Shown here one piece after another: positions 47,134 to 56,904 of a stretch of DNA of 64,000 nucleotides. Numbering within the stretch: position 1 is the first letter of the stretch; every line of letters begins with the position of its first letter. The notes beneath the pieces are model-generated. The model saw only the letters and a program-made list of their open reading frames with translations. It was not told where the DNA came from and ran no database searches. The translations under genes were made by a program, and so were the position numbers. The stretch comes from an uncultured Thermoplasmata archaeon (GTDB taxonomy: Archaea > Thermoplasmatota > Poseidoniia > MGIII > CG-Epi1): positions 12,957 through 76,956 of the forward strand of contig CAXEHI010000031.1 in NCBI GenBank assembly GCA_963996465.1, in the 5' to 3' direction.

Positions 47134-48522
47134 ATGGAGAAAGAATTCTGGAATGAAGAAATAAATACTGGAAAAGTTCCTGAAAATAAAAGTAAATTTG
47201 ACGTGATTGTAGTAGGAGGAGGGCCTGTTGGCTCAGCAGCGGCTACGTATGCTGCAATGCAAGGAGATAAAGTTCTTCTACTTGAAAAGGATAGATATCC
47301 TCGAGATAAAACGTGTGGAGATGCAGTAGGTGGCAAATCTTTGAAACATGTAGAAGCTCTTGGAGTGAAAACGGCCTTAGAAAATAGCCCCCATTATCGA
47401 ATAACGGGAGTGCTGTTTACCGCTCCAAATGGAAAATCATTGAATGTTGAAAGACCGGTAGTAGATGGAGAACAGGAATTGGCTGGATACGTTCTTCCTC
47501 GAGCTCAGTTCGATTGGTTGATGTTTAATCGAGCAACTGAAGTAGTATTACAAAATGGAGGATCGGTTGTTCAAAATTTTAATGTTAATGAGATAATATA
47601 TGATGATGGAAGGGGAGGTAGTGATCCTGGACCAAAAAGCGGTGATGAAAGAAGAATTGTCGGAATAAGAGGAAAAACGAAAGAAGGAGAAATGGAATAT
47701 CATAGTTCCTTAACTATTGGTGCAGGCGGAGTGCGTTGTCCAGTGGCAACTTCGATTGTGGAAGAAACCTATCAAAAAACAATGGTAGATAGTAAAAAAG
47801 AACATTACAGTGCAGCATATAGACAATATTGGAAAGGAATTAAAGGATTGAATCACAAAGAAGGTATGATAGAGTTTCATTATATTAAAGGAGTTATTCC
47901 TGGTTATTTCTGGATTTTTCCGTTATCAGAAAACACTGCTAACGTAGGGTTTGGAATAGTGCTAAATGAACTGTCTAAACACGAAAAGAAATTGAAGGGA
48001 TTACAAGATTATATAATAAATGAAAAAATGCCTGAAAGATTCAAAGATGCAGAACTTGTAGAAGGAAGTAGTAAAGGGTGGCAATTACCATTGGGATCAC
48101 CTAGAAAGGGAGAAGAAATGCAACCAAGAAGATTGTTTGCAAATGGCGCTATGGTTATTGGTGATGCCGGAAGTTTAGTTGATCCGTTTAGTGGTGAAGG
48201 AATTGCTAATGGATTTTTATCTGCGAAAATGGCTATTGATTATTTTAATAGAGAAAAACATAGCGACGGTTTTCCTTTAGAAGAAGGAAGAATGTATCAG
48301 AAAGAATTGTGGGATACTCTTGGGCACGAATTAACGAATTCGTATAGAATACAAAGATTGATGTCGTGGCCATTCTCAAAGGGTTGGTTGATAAATATGA
48401 TAATAAATAAAGCGAGAAAGAAACCGGAATTACAGAGAGTGTTATCAGATTGTCTTGTTTCTCCAGAAGCTCAAAAACAAATAACTGATTACCGATTCTT
48501 AGCTAAACAATTAATTTTCTGA
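47134..48522 (+). CDS. Geranylgeranyl reductase family protein (digeranylgeranylglycerophospholipid reductase-like)
   Basis: FDVIVVGGGPVGSAAA FAD motif, CGDAVG, and GGR-type C-terminal GDAGSLVDPFSGEGI. I start at the ATG at 47134 (MEKEFW...). Confidence 0.75.
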   Translation: MEKEFWNEEINTGKVPENKSKFDVIVVGGGPVGSAAATYAAMQGDKVLLLEKDRYPRDKTCGDAVGGKSLKHVEALGVKTALENSPHYRITGVLFTAPNGKSLNVERPVVDGEQELAGYVLPRAQFDWLMFNRATEVVLQNGGSVVQNFNVNEIIYDDGRGGSDPGPKSGDERRIVGIRGKTKEGEMEYHSSLTIGAGGVRCPVATSIVEETYQKTMVDSKKEHYSAAYRQYWKGIKGLNHKEGMIEFHYIKGVIPGYFWIFPLSENTANVGFGIVLNELSKHEKKLKGLQDYIINEKMPERFKDAELVEGSSKGWQLPLGSPRKGEEMQPRRLFANGAMVIGDAGSLVDPFSGEGIANGFLSAKMAIDYFNREKHSDGFPLEEGRMYQKELWDTLGHELTNSYRIQRLMSWPFSKGWLINMIINKARKKPELQRVLSDCLVSPEAQKQITDYRFLAKQLIF

Positions 48523-49332
48523 AGCGAGAACGGTATTGCTCATTAACATTGCTACTGTCATCGGTCCAACGCCACCTGGAACAGGTGTGATGGCTTTGAC
48601 TTTGCTCGCCACATTGGGTGCACAATCCCCCACTAAACCGGAATCTGTACGATTAACACCGACATCTATTACTATCGTATTTTCAGTTACCATATCTTCA
48701 TTGAGCGTGTTTGGATAACCTGTAGCAACTACAATGATGTCTGCAATTTTAGTGTATTGTGAAATATCGTTCGTCTGGCTATGACAAACAGTTGTAGTAG
48801 CATCAATACCTTTACTGAGAAGAAGATTGGCAAGAGGTTTGCCAACTATATTACTACGGCCAACTACGACAACGTGTTTTCCATTCAGATTGTAATTTGA
48901 TCGTTGAAGTAGTTCAATTATACCTGCAGGTGTGCAGGGCAATAATGTTGATTCACCCCTCATCAAACGCCCTAAATTCATTGGATGAAAGCCATCAACA
49001 TCTTTGTCTGGAGAAATTCTAGTTAGGGAAGGAAGTAAAGTTTTAGGAATAGGTAATTGAATGATTATTCCATTGGATTCAGAATTTAGTTTGTCGATTA
49101 ATGAATTCAAATCGTTTAAAGATATATTAATTGGTAAATGATGATGTTGTAAATCAATGCCTACGCGCTCGGCAGCTTTACTCTTAGCTTTTATGTAAGA
49201 AGAACTGGCAGAATCATCCCCTACTTGAACAACGGAAAGTATTGGTTTGAAAGCTAATTTATTAATTCTAATTATTAGTTCTGATTCTATTTCTCTAGCT
49301 AGCGAAATGCCGTCAATTATTTGGGCGCTCAT
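48511..49332 (-). CDS. folD: Bifunctional methylenetetrahydrofolate dehydrogenase / methenyl-THF cyclohydrolase (FolD)
   Basis: 273 aa. N-terminal catalytic domain (SYIKAKSKAAERVGI) and C-terminal NAD(P) domain (VVVVGRSNIVGKPLA, PGGVGPMT). Confidence 0.85.
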   Translation of the reverse strand: MSAQIIDGISLAREIESELIIRINKLAFKPILSVVQVGDDSASSSYIKAKSKAAERVGIDLQHHHLPINISLNDLNSLIDKLNSESNGIIIQLPIPKTLLPSLTRISPDKDVDGFHPMNLGRLMRGESTLLPCTPAGIIELLQRSNYNLNGKHVVVVGRSNIVGKPLANLLLSKGIDATTTVCHSQTNDISQYTKIADIIVVATGYPNTLNEDMVTENTIVIDVGVNRTDSGLVGDCAPNVASKVKAITPVPGGVGPMTVAMLMSNTVLASEN

Positions 49333-49340
49333 ATTAACTT

Positions 49341-49778
49341 CTATTCGAGAACATCTAGTGTGTATAAAGAAACCACTATCCTAGGTGCCTCGCCTTGAGC
49401 TGCTATTCTTTTTCTTATGATTAGCTCTGAAATTTGAGAATCGTCGTGATAAAAAACTCCTGTTAAACCGTCCTTTATTGCTTTTGCGATATTATCTGCA
49501 TCTGGCCTCTTTGCATGATGTTCTTCGGGACGAGGATTAGTTTTACGCCAACGACTTTTTGGACAGGGGAAATAAGCCATGATATCTAATCCCAAGGGGC
49601 CATCCAACAATTCATCGATATTATTATCTTCTTTGTGTTTCTGAGCTAGATATTGGATATCTGCCTTGTAAACTTTGCTTGCCTTTGGATCTGTAGCAAC
49701 TACAAAATTACCACGTCTGTAAAATCTGGGCCTGCCTTGTGCAACTGGCTTACCTGGTATTGTAAGGTCTATCCTCAA
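49341..49778 (-). CDS. rusA: RusA-family Holliday junction resolvase (bacterial/phage type, YqaN-like)
   Basis: 145 aa. N-terminal IPGKPVAQGRPRF and catalytic acidic motifs KRPDADNIAKAIKDGLTGVFYHDDSQI match the RusA family (DxDN...DD). Lies 8 nt upstream of folD on the same strand. Confidence 0.7.
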   Translation of the reverse strand: MRIDLTIPGKPVAQGRPRFYRRGNFVVATDPKASKVYKADIQYLAQKHKEDNNIDELLDGPLGLDIMAYFPCPKSRWRKTNPRPEEHHAKRPDADNIAKAIKDGLTGVFYHDDSQISELIIRKRIAAQGEAPRIVVSLYTLDVLE

Positions 49779-49857
49779 CGAGAGTTAATAGAATAGTGAC
49801 TAAAGCAATTTGTGATGAAAAGGTTACTCTTATTTACACCTTGACTAACAGCTGAAT

Positions 49858-51635
49858 ATGGTATACTTAGTGTAACCCGCATAGCTGTACTTCATGAGGA
49901 CCTATGCCAGCCTAAAAATTGTCAGAACGAATGCCATAGCTTTTGCCCGCCTGTGAGAAACGGGATAGAGGTGATAACGTGGCTAAAAAACAATAAGCCA
50001 CTAATTTCAGAGGAACTTTGCATAGGTTGTGGAATATGTATTCACAAATGTCCATTCGATGCCATTTCCATAATTAATCTTCCAGATGATAGAGATAAAG
50101 AAATCGTTCATAGATACGGACAAAATGATTTTCGTTTATTTGGAATTCCTAAACCTCAGCAAGGAAAAGTGGTTGGTTTACTAGGTGCCAATGGAACGGG
50201 AAAAACAACAGCAGTGTCTTTACTTTCCGGAGATTTGGTACCCAATTTAGGGGAATGGGAAATAAATGGGGAGCCGTCAAAGGTGTTAGATTATTTTGCT
50301 GGAACAGAACTTCAAAGTCATTTTAAAGCGATTCAAAGTGGTGAGATGAAAGTAGTTGTAAAACCGCAATATGTAGATCAAATACCGAAAATTTTTGAAG
50401 GGACTTTGAGGAATTTATTAGAGAAAGTGGGAACAGAAAAAGAAGTAGAAGAGATAGCTAAAGAAATGAAGCTTACAAGTTTGGATAATATATTATCGAA
50501 ATTGTCTGGTGGTGAACTTCAGAAAGGGGCTATTGCAGCAACCCTACTGAAAAAAGCTGATTTGTATTTAATTGACGAACCGTCATCATATTTAGACATA
50601 GAACAAAGATTGTTAATATCAAAATTAATTAAAAAAATGGGAATGGAAAAGAAAGTAATAATAGTTGAACATGACTTAGCGATTCTTGATTTTATAGCAG
50701 AAGAATTGAACATTCTCTATGGTAAAGAGAATGCATATGGAATGGTGGCAAAAACTCTGGCAACGAGAAATGGAATCAATTCATATTTAGAAGGACATTT
50801 GAAAGAAGAGAATATTAGAATAAGAGATAATAAAATAAAATTTCTGGAACATCCACCAAGAAATAGTTGGAAGAATCAAGCTTTAACTACGTGGCCCAAA
50901 ATGAAAAAGAAATATACTAATTTTTCTCTTGAAGTTGATGAAGGGGAGATATTACAAGGTCAAGTCCTTGGTGTCGTTGGAAAAAACGCAACGGGAAAAA
51001 CTACATTTGTAAAAATGATAGCAGGAGTAGAAAAGCCTGATGAGGGGGGAGTAGATATGAAAACGGTAGTGGCTTACAAACCTCAATATATTGAAGCAGA
51101 AGAAGGGTCCATAGTTGGTGACGTTCTCAAATCCGTAAAGGGATTTGACGAGCAATTCTTCTCTAGTGAAATAGAACGTCCGATGTCACTCACCACCCTT
51201 ATGGATAGAGAGATGACTTCATTATCGGGTGGAGAATTGCAACGTGTTGCAATAGCAGAATGTCTTCTAAAGGAAGCAGAACTATACCTTCTAGATGAAC
51301 CGTCTGCATACCTTGATGCAAATCAACGTATGATAGCTGCGAGAACGATAAGAAGAGTGATGGAACACAAAGGATGTTCTGCTCTTGTGGTGGATCACGA
51401 CGTATATTTCATAGATTACATATCTGATGGAATAATACTTTTTGAAGGGAAATCGGGAAAAACTGGGAACATGTTTGGACCGTATAAAATGAGAAAGGGG
51501 ATGAATGAATTCCTGAAGCGAGTAGGTGTTACATTTAGAAGAGACAAAAATACACATAGACCTAGAATAAATAACCCCGAATCTAGACTTGATAGGTTAC
51601 AAAAAGAGAAAGGTGAATACTACTATCCGGACTAA
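49858..51635 (+). CDS. ABCE1 / RNase L inhibitor (ribosome recycling factor), with apparent N-terminal frameshift
   Basis: The track ORF (49953..51635) carries the second Fe-S motif (CIGCGICIHKCP) and two ABC cassettes. The same frame upstream, with no stop back to 49845, encodes the missing first Fe-S motif (RIAVLHEDLCQPKNCQNECHSFCPPV) but has no ATG/GTG/TTG. An ATG at 49858 (MVYLV) lies in the +1 frame, 15 nt before a TAA. Confidence 0.75.
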
Positions 51636-51681
51636 AATAGTAACAACGAATTAGTTTTATGCTCTAATTAATACCGCTAAT

Positions 51682-54297
51682 GTGATTTATCGCGCAGCTG
51701 ACAAGATGGTGAGGAGTTACACGAGTTTAATTTTGAAATGGCCTGTAGCTACAATTTTGCTATTGTTATTGATTACTTTAGCTATGTTGAAGCCAGCAAT
51801 GACCTTTGAAAAGAATATGACAAAGGATATTGAAGTGTACTTACCTGATAACGACCCATCAGTAGATGTGTTACTAGAAGTTAGGGAATTTTGGGCCACT
51901 GATACGATAATAATATACGTTGAAACACCTAATGCTTTAGATAAGAATAATTCTGATCCTAAATTCAATGTTACATCTGTAAATATATTGAAACAGATAG
52001 ATGCATTAGAAAGGGAGATAGACCCATTTGGACAATCTAAAGATCAAGAAAATTATCCTGCAGATGGAGGGGAAACTGATGGAATCATATTTACTTTATC
52101 TATATCTACCTTAATCAAAGAATTCAATTCCACCAACACGCGATTTGTTGAAGCGTTGGAAGATAAAACACTAGGTGGATTAACGATTACTAACGAAGAA
52201 GCCACCGGCACTTATGCGATACCGGATGATCAAGATCGGATAGACACAATATATGATAATACTGAAGGAGCTTTGAGGAATTTTGCAAAGGATACTAATG
52301 ATGATGGAATACTAGATACTGCGGCAATATTGTTTGGATTGAAATATGAAGGGGAAAATAATGATGAAGCTCAAAAAGTAATAATAGATAGAATTCAAGC
52401 GCATTTGGATCGAACTGAAGAATATCGAAATACTGAAATGAGTAAGACTGGATTAGTAATAGTCCTTCATGAAGTTACAGAAAGATTGTATAAAGATTTA
52501 TTAGATATGATTCCATTATCCATAGGAATAGTACTATTGATGATGTTTTATTTTCATAGAAATGTATTATCTGTGCCTATTGTTTTGATTCCTATATTTT
52601 GTGCATTAGTATGGACTCTTGGACTAATCAAAATGAGTGGTGAAGTGCTGACACCGATGATAGTTGCAGCAGGACCTATCTTGATAGGGATAGGTGTTGA
52701 CTATGGATTGCACGTATCGAATAGGATAGTGGAATTTAGGGAGCAAAAAGATAGTGTAAAATTTGAAGATGCAACGCACAATGCAATGATGACTACTGGG
52801 AAGGCGACACTGCTTTGTGCCATAACAGATAGTATAGGATTTTCAGCTTTGTTCATTTCACCAATAGCTCCAATGAGAACTGTTGGTTTGACGATGATTG
52901 TTGGAGTATTATGTGCATTTTTCCTTACAGTAACAATGATGCCTGCCATAATGAGTTTAACAAATTATAAGCGGCATCATCCAAAAGCATGGAAAGGTGT
53001 AGCTAAAGCAACGACTAGAGGTTGGAAAGTAATATTGGTTGTAGTGTTGGTTGTGACTGCTTATTCCTTAGCACAGTTATCTGCAATGGATCAGGATATT
53101 AGAGGAGATGAATCTGCCCCTGAAGATGTGGAATCTATCAGAAGCTTAGCGAAATATTCAGATAATTTTGGTTCTGGACAGACTGGAATAATTCTAATTG
53201 CAGGAAATATGGATCGAGACAAACCTGTGGCTAAAGATATGGATACACTAGAAGTTATGAATAGTACGCAAAATGAAATTAATAATATAACAAAAATAAA
53301 TCGTAATTCCGGTGAACAGATTAATGTATCGAGTTTCTCTATTGTTAATTTCTTCAAATCTGCACATATAAGTATACAATTAGGTGAAGACCCGAATGGA
53401 GATGCGATTATTTTTGAGGGGAGCTTCTGGGATTTTTTAACTAGTGATATTTTTGGTGATGATTTTAATAATTTAGATATAATAGATATATTGTATGGAA
53501 GAGAAGCGTTCAGGCAAGATATGATAGATGTATTCTATGAATCATTCACTGATGAGATGCGTGCGATGTTGTTGACTCCTGATTATCAAAAGGCCTTGAT
53601 TTACACAAGTATGCCATATATCAATATAGACGATACTGCCTTGATAATTGAAGATACTAATTACATAACTGATTATCACAATCTTCTACTTGAAGATGCT
53701 AAAATGTCAGAAATGAGTGGAGGTCCGCCAATAAGTATAGCGATAAACGAAGGGATTCAAGACACCCAATACAAGACCATAATGCTCAGTTTAGCGTTAG
53801 TGTTGGCAACTATGATTTTAATATTTAGATCTTTTAAATTTGGAGTGGTGACTTTCTTACCTATTTTTATTGTGGTTCTTTGGTATCCAGCAACTGTATA
53901 CAACGGAGGAACTAACCTGAATATTTTCACTGCGATGGTAGGTACTATAATCATAGGAATTGGAATAGATAATTCGATACAAGTAACGGAAAGAGTACGA
54001 GAAGAGGGGACTAATCCTAAAGGAATAGAAATTGCAGTGGAAAATACCGGTCAGTCTGTTGTTGAAGCTACATTTACTACAATGGGAGGAATATTGGCTG
54101 GTGTACTGATTGCGGTATTCAGTTCGCAATTCGTTGGTCTTAAAAATTTCTTTATGTTGATTATAATTTTAATACTTTTCAGTCTACTACTTGCAGTATT
54201 CGCATTGCCGAGTTTCTACCATGGCCTATATCATCTAAGAAAAAACTACGAAGAAAAATTCAAGAACCTAAAGACAACATTGAAACAACGGCCTTGA
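51682..54297 (+). CDS. RND-superfamily exporter (MMPL/HAE3-type) membrane protein
   Basis: 871 aa with two 6-TM bundles, each preceded by a large extracytoplasmic loop. MMPL-like motifs (GIGVDYGLH, GIGIDNSIQ). Confidence 0.65.
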   Translation: MIYRAADKMVRSYTSLILKWPVATILLLLLITLAMLKPAMTFEKNMTKDIEVYLPDNDPSVDVLLEVREFWATDTIIIYVETPNALDKNNSDPKFNVTSVNILKQIDALEREIDPFGQSKDQENYPADGGETDGIIFTLSISTLIKEFNSTNTRFVEALEDKTLGGLTITNEEATGTYAIPDDQDRIDTIYDNTEGALRNFAKDTNDDGILDTAAILFGLKYEGENNDEAQKVIIDRIQAHLDRTEEYRNTEMSKTGLVIVLHEVTERLYKDLLDMIPLSIGIVLLMMFYFHRNVLSVPIVLIPIFCALVWTLGLIKMSGEVLTPMIVAAGPILIGIGVDYGLHVSNRIVEFREQKDSVKFEDATHNAMMTTGKATLLCAITDSIGFSALFISPIAPMRTVGLTMIVGVLCAFFLTVTMMPAIMSLTNYKRHHPKAWKGVAKATTRGWKVILVVVLVVTAYSLAQLSAMDQDIRGDESAPEDVESIRSLAKYSDNFGSGQTGIILIAGNMDRDKPVAKDMDTLEVMNSTQNEINNITKINRNSGEQINVSSFSIVNFFKSAHISIQLGEDPNGDAIIFEGSFWDFLTSDIFGDDFNNLDIIDILYGREAFRQDMIDVFYESFTDEMRAMLLTPDYQKALIYTSMPYINIDDTALIIEDTNYITDYHNLLLEDAKMSEMSGGPPISIAINEGIQDTQYKTIMLSLALVLATMILIFRSFKFGVVTFLPIFIVVLWYPATVYNGGTNLNIFTAMVGTIIIGIGIDNSIQVTERVREEGTNPKGIEIAVENTGQSVVEATFTTMGGILAGVLIAVFSSQFVGLKNFFMLIIILILFSLLLAVFALPSFYHGLYHLRKNYEEKFKNLKTTLKQRP

Positions 54298-54679
54298 CCG
54301 CGTTTTTTGCATAAGGAATTATACGTTCTTCAATTTGATTATCATCAACACCTGGGCCAATTATACCGATACCGATTGGTTTCATGAATTCCAATTGAAG
54401 AGATAAGATAGCATTGACGACAGAATGGCCCATGATCTCACCGTGCATAGTTTCACCTTTTTCTATGACTCCTAAAACGACTGCTGCATCTACTTCATCT
54501 AATTTTAAAAAATGTTTGAGGGCTAGAGGTTTTTCCATCGAACCTGGAACCCAGCAAATATCAAATAAGGAGAGATTGTGTTCTGCTAAAACGGAATCTG
54601 CTTCATTAATCATTTTTTTAACGGTCTCTTTGTGATATTCTCCTGCTATAATTGCTACTTTTTTACTCAACATTATCAC
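54260..54679 (-). CDS. ribH: 6,7-dimethyl-8-ribityllumazine synthase (RibH)
   Basis: 139 aa lumazine-synthase fold (VAIIAGEYH, VPGSMEKP, VLGVIEKGETMH). Confidence 0.8.
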   Translation of the reverse strand: MIMLSKKVAIIAGEYHKETVKKMINEADSVLAEHNLSLFDICWVPGSMEKPLALKHFLKLDEVDAAVVLGVIEKGETMHGEIMGHSVVNAILSLQLEFMKPIGIGIIGPGVDDNQIEERIIPYAKNAVKAVVSMLSLGS

Positions 54680-55289
54680 CTTTAGTAGATTGAGAATTCA
54701 GCTGTGTGATTATTGATTTTGTTACTTGATCTATCTCAATATTAACGCTATCACCTTCAGTTTTGGATAAAAGAGTAGTTGCACGTATTGTTTCTGGTAT
54801 CAGATAAACTGTAAAAGTTCTCTCTTCTAAATTAACCTCACCTACTGTTAAACTTATGCCATCAATAGCTATGTATCCTTTAGTAATGATAAAATTGGAA
54901 AACTCTTCTGGAATTTTTATAGTCACGATACAATTATTGTCTGGAGTTTCTATTTTTGATATTTTAGCAGTACAATCTACATGTCCAGAAAGTAAGTGTC
55001 CTCCAATTTCATCACCAAATTTAGCAGCTCTTTCAAAATTGACCTTATCTCCTTTTTGTAAAGTATCAAGAGTCGTGCAACGGAGTGTTTCCATCATGAC
55101 GTCAGTAACAGCATAATCTTCACTAATTTTAGTTGTTGTAAGACAAACACCATCTATGGAAATACTAGAACCGATTTTCAAACCCAATAACATCTCTTTG
55201 TTTAATTTGATTGAAACGGAATTCAGATTCTTATCTTCAACAATATTCTCTACGGTAGCAGTATGTTCTACTATACCTGTGAAAACCAT
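54663..55289 (-). CDS. Riboflavin synthase, bacterial-type alpha subunit (two lumazine-binding repeats)
   Basis: MFTGIVE N-terminus and internal repeat (GSSISIDGVCLT / GYIAIDGISLT). Confidence 0.8.
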   Translation of the reverse strand: MVFTGIVEHTATVENIVEDKNLNSVSIKLNKEMLLGLKIGSSISIDGVCLTTTKISEDYAVTDVMMETLRCTTLDTLQKGDKVNFERAAKFGDEIGGHLLSGHVDCTAKISKIETPDNNCIVTIKIPEEFSNFIITKGYIAIDGISLTVGEVNLEERTFTVYLIPETIRATTLLSKTEGDSVNIEIDQVTKSIITQLNSQSTKGDNVE

Positions 55290-55310
55290 TAGAAACTCCT
55301 CTTTTCAGAA

Positions 55311-55757
55311 TTAGTCTTGTTTTTGGTCGCGATGCATTCTAACAATCTTAGCCACGATTTTTCTAGAACCATCCAGATCGTGTTCCATCTTAGGTAATCT
55401 AACAACTTTAGCCTCCAAACCCCGTTCTTTTAATTTCTCTTCCAACTCGGAGGTACGGAAAAGACGTTGATCGTAACCTAAAGCGACTATGTTTGGTTTT
55501 AAATCTTCCACGACTATATCTAACATATCGCCTGAACGGCCAATGACTGCTTTGTCCACTGGTTTGAGTTCGGAAATCAACTTGGCGCGAACTTCGGATG
55601 AAAGGACTGAATCCCCCTTCATTCGCTTGACTGTCTCGTCGTTCGCTACCACAACGAATAGTTCGTCCCCCAATTCTTTGGCTGCGCGAAGGAAATGGAT
55701 GTGCCCTGGATGGAGTATATCGAATACTCCTGTTGCTAAAACTCGGATCTTTGCCAC
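55311..55757 (-). CDS. ribL: FAD synthetase RibL (archaeal CTP-dependent FMN adenylyltransferase)
   Basis: 148 aa cytidylyltransferase-family protein with ATGVFDILHPGHIHFL (HxGH) and ISELKP motifs. Confidence 0.7.
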   Translation of the reverse strand: MAKIRVLATGVFDILHPGHIHFLRAAKELGDELFVVVANDETVKRMKGDSVLSSEVRAKLISELKPVDKAVIGRSGDMLDIVVEDLKPNIVALGYDQRLFRTSELEEKLKERGLEAKVVRLPKMEHDLDGSRKIVAKIVRMHRDQKQD

Positions 55758-56458
55758 GCATCTTTAATCTCTTCACCCTCTAAAAAAACATAGCCCCGAT
55801 CTTTTGCTAGTTTTTGAGCCTCTTCTGGTCCAAGTGCACTACCGGTATCGGATAATATTTCACAGCCCACGGCGACTGGTGATAAATTTCCTAATTTCAT
55901 AAGTGAAACTATGAGTTCAGTGTGGCCTTCTCGTCCATTTATATAATTTTCATTCGCAATACATATGGGAACGTGACCTGGGGTTCTAAAATTGGAACTG
56001 AAACTGTCACTAATTTTATCAGATGAAGAATTGGAAACTAAATTTGAGAATTGTGAAACAGTTAACGCTCTATCGTTATCAGTTATTCCCGTATACGTAT
56101 CATTGTGATTAATTGAAATTGAAAAGGATGAGTGTGTATCATAAGGTATCTTGTGCTTCATTAAATTTGAAAGAATTGGATATTTTTCAGATGCAACGGT
56201 AAAAGAATGTTCTAGAAACGGAAGACCGAAAGCGTTTGCAGATTCGAAATTAACTGCGATGAATATCAGACCTCCGCCGTTCTTCCGTAGAAAACGAATA
56301 TTTTCTGGAAGAACTGTAGTACCTGAGAAGAAAAAATCGGTTTCACCCTCCCTATTAGCATTGTCGAAAATCATAATCGGTTGGCCGGCAGCTAAAGCCT
56401 CTGTAGCCTGATCTAATCTACTGATTTTGGAATCTAACTCTGATGAAGGATTGAGCAC
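55736..56458 (-). CDS. ribB: 3,4-dihydroxy-2-butanone 4-phosphate synthase (RibB)
   Basis: DHBP-synthase motifs (MIFDNANREGETDFFF, RTPGHVPI, REGHTE), 240 aa. Confidence 0.75.
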   Translation of the reverse strand: MLNPSSELDSKISRLDQATEALAAGQPIMIFDNANREGETDFFFSGTTVLPENIRFLRKNGGGLIFIAVNFESANAFGLPFLEHSFTVASEKYPILSNLMKHKIPYDTHSSFSISINHNDTYTGITDNDRALTVSQFSNLVSNSSSDKISDSFSSNFRTPGHVPICIANENYINGREGHTELIVSLMKLGNLSPVAVGCEILSDTGSALGPEEAQKLAKDRGYVFLEGEEIKDAWQRSEF

Positions 56459-56521
56459 ATGTTAATGATTTTAACGATACTTATAATATTTTAGTAGCTA
56501 CTCATTAATGAGTAGAAGATA

Positions 56522-56881
56522 CTATATCCAAACATCATTGGAGGCCGTCAAATCACCTTCTGTATTACCTGTATTCACAACGCCACGAGGTTCAACGAGT
56601 AATACTTTGCACTCGTTTTCAGCATGAGGCTTATGTTGAATTCCCTTCGGAACCACATACATATCTCCTTCATTCAATTCTACGGTTTCATCCTCGAACT
56701 CAATTGTCATTTTACCCTCTAGTACGATAAAGACTTCGTCAGTATCTGCATGATCGTGCCAAACAAAATCGCCTTTAATCTTGACTAATTTGAATTGATA
56801 ATCATTCATCTCTGCGATTATTTTTGGAGTCCAATGTTCAGAAAATTTGGATAATTTCTCCTTCAAATTGATTTTAGTCAT
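56522..56881 (-). CDS. Cupin-domain protein
   Basis: 119 aa cupin_2 pattern (WHDHADTDEVFIVLEG ... GDMYVVPKGIQHKP). Confidence 0.65.
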   Translation of the reverse strand: MTKINLKEKLSKFSEHWTPKIIAEMNDYQFKLVKIKGDFVWHDHADTDEVFIVLEGKMTIEFEDETVELNEGDMYVVPKGIQHKPHAENECKVLLVEPRGVVNTGNTEGDLTASNDVWI

Positions 56882-56904
56882 AAAAAAGGAAAATGTAGCT
56901 AATA

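Noticed and set aside
48511-49952. Possibility of a complete prophage or integrated element around rusA
   Set aside because: The flanks are folD and ABCE1, with no integrase, attachment-site repeats, capsid/terminase genes or tRNA target. Only the single rusA gene looks foreign.
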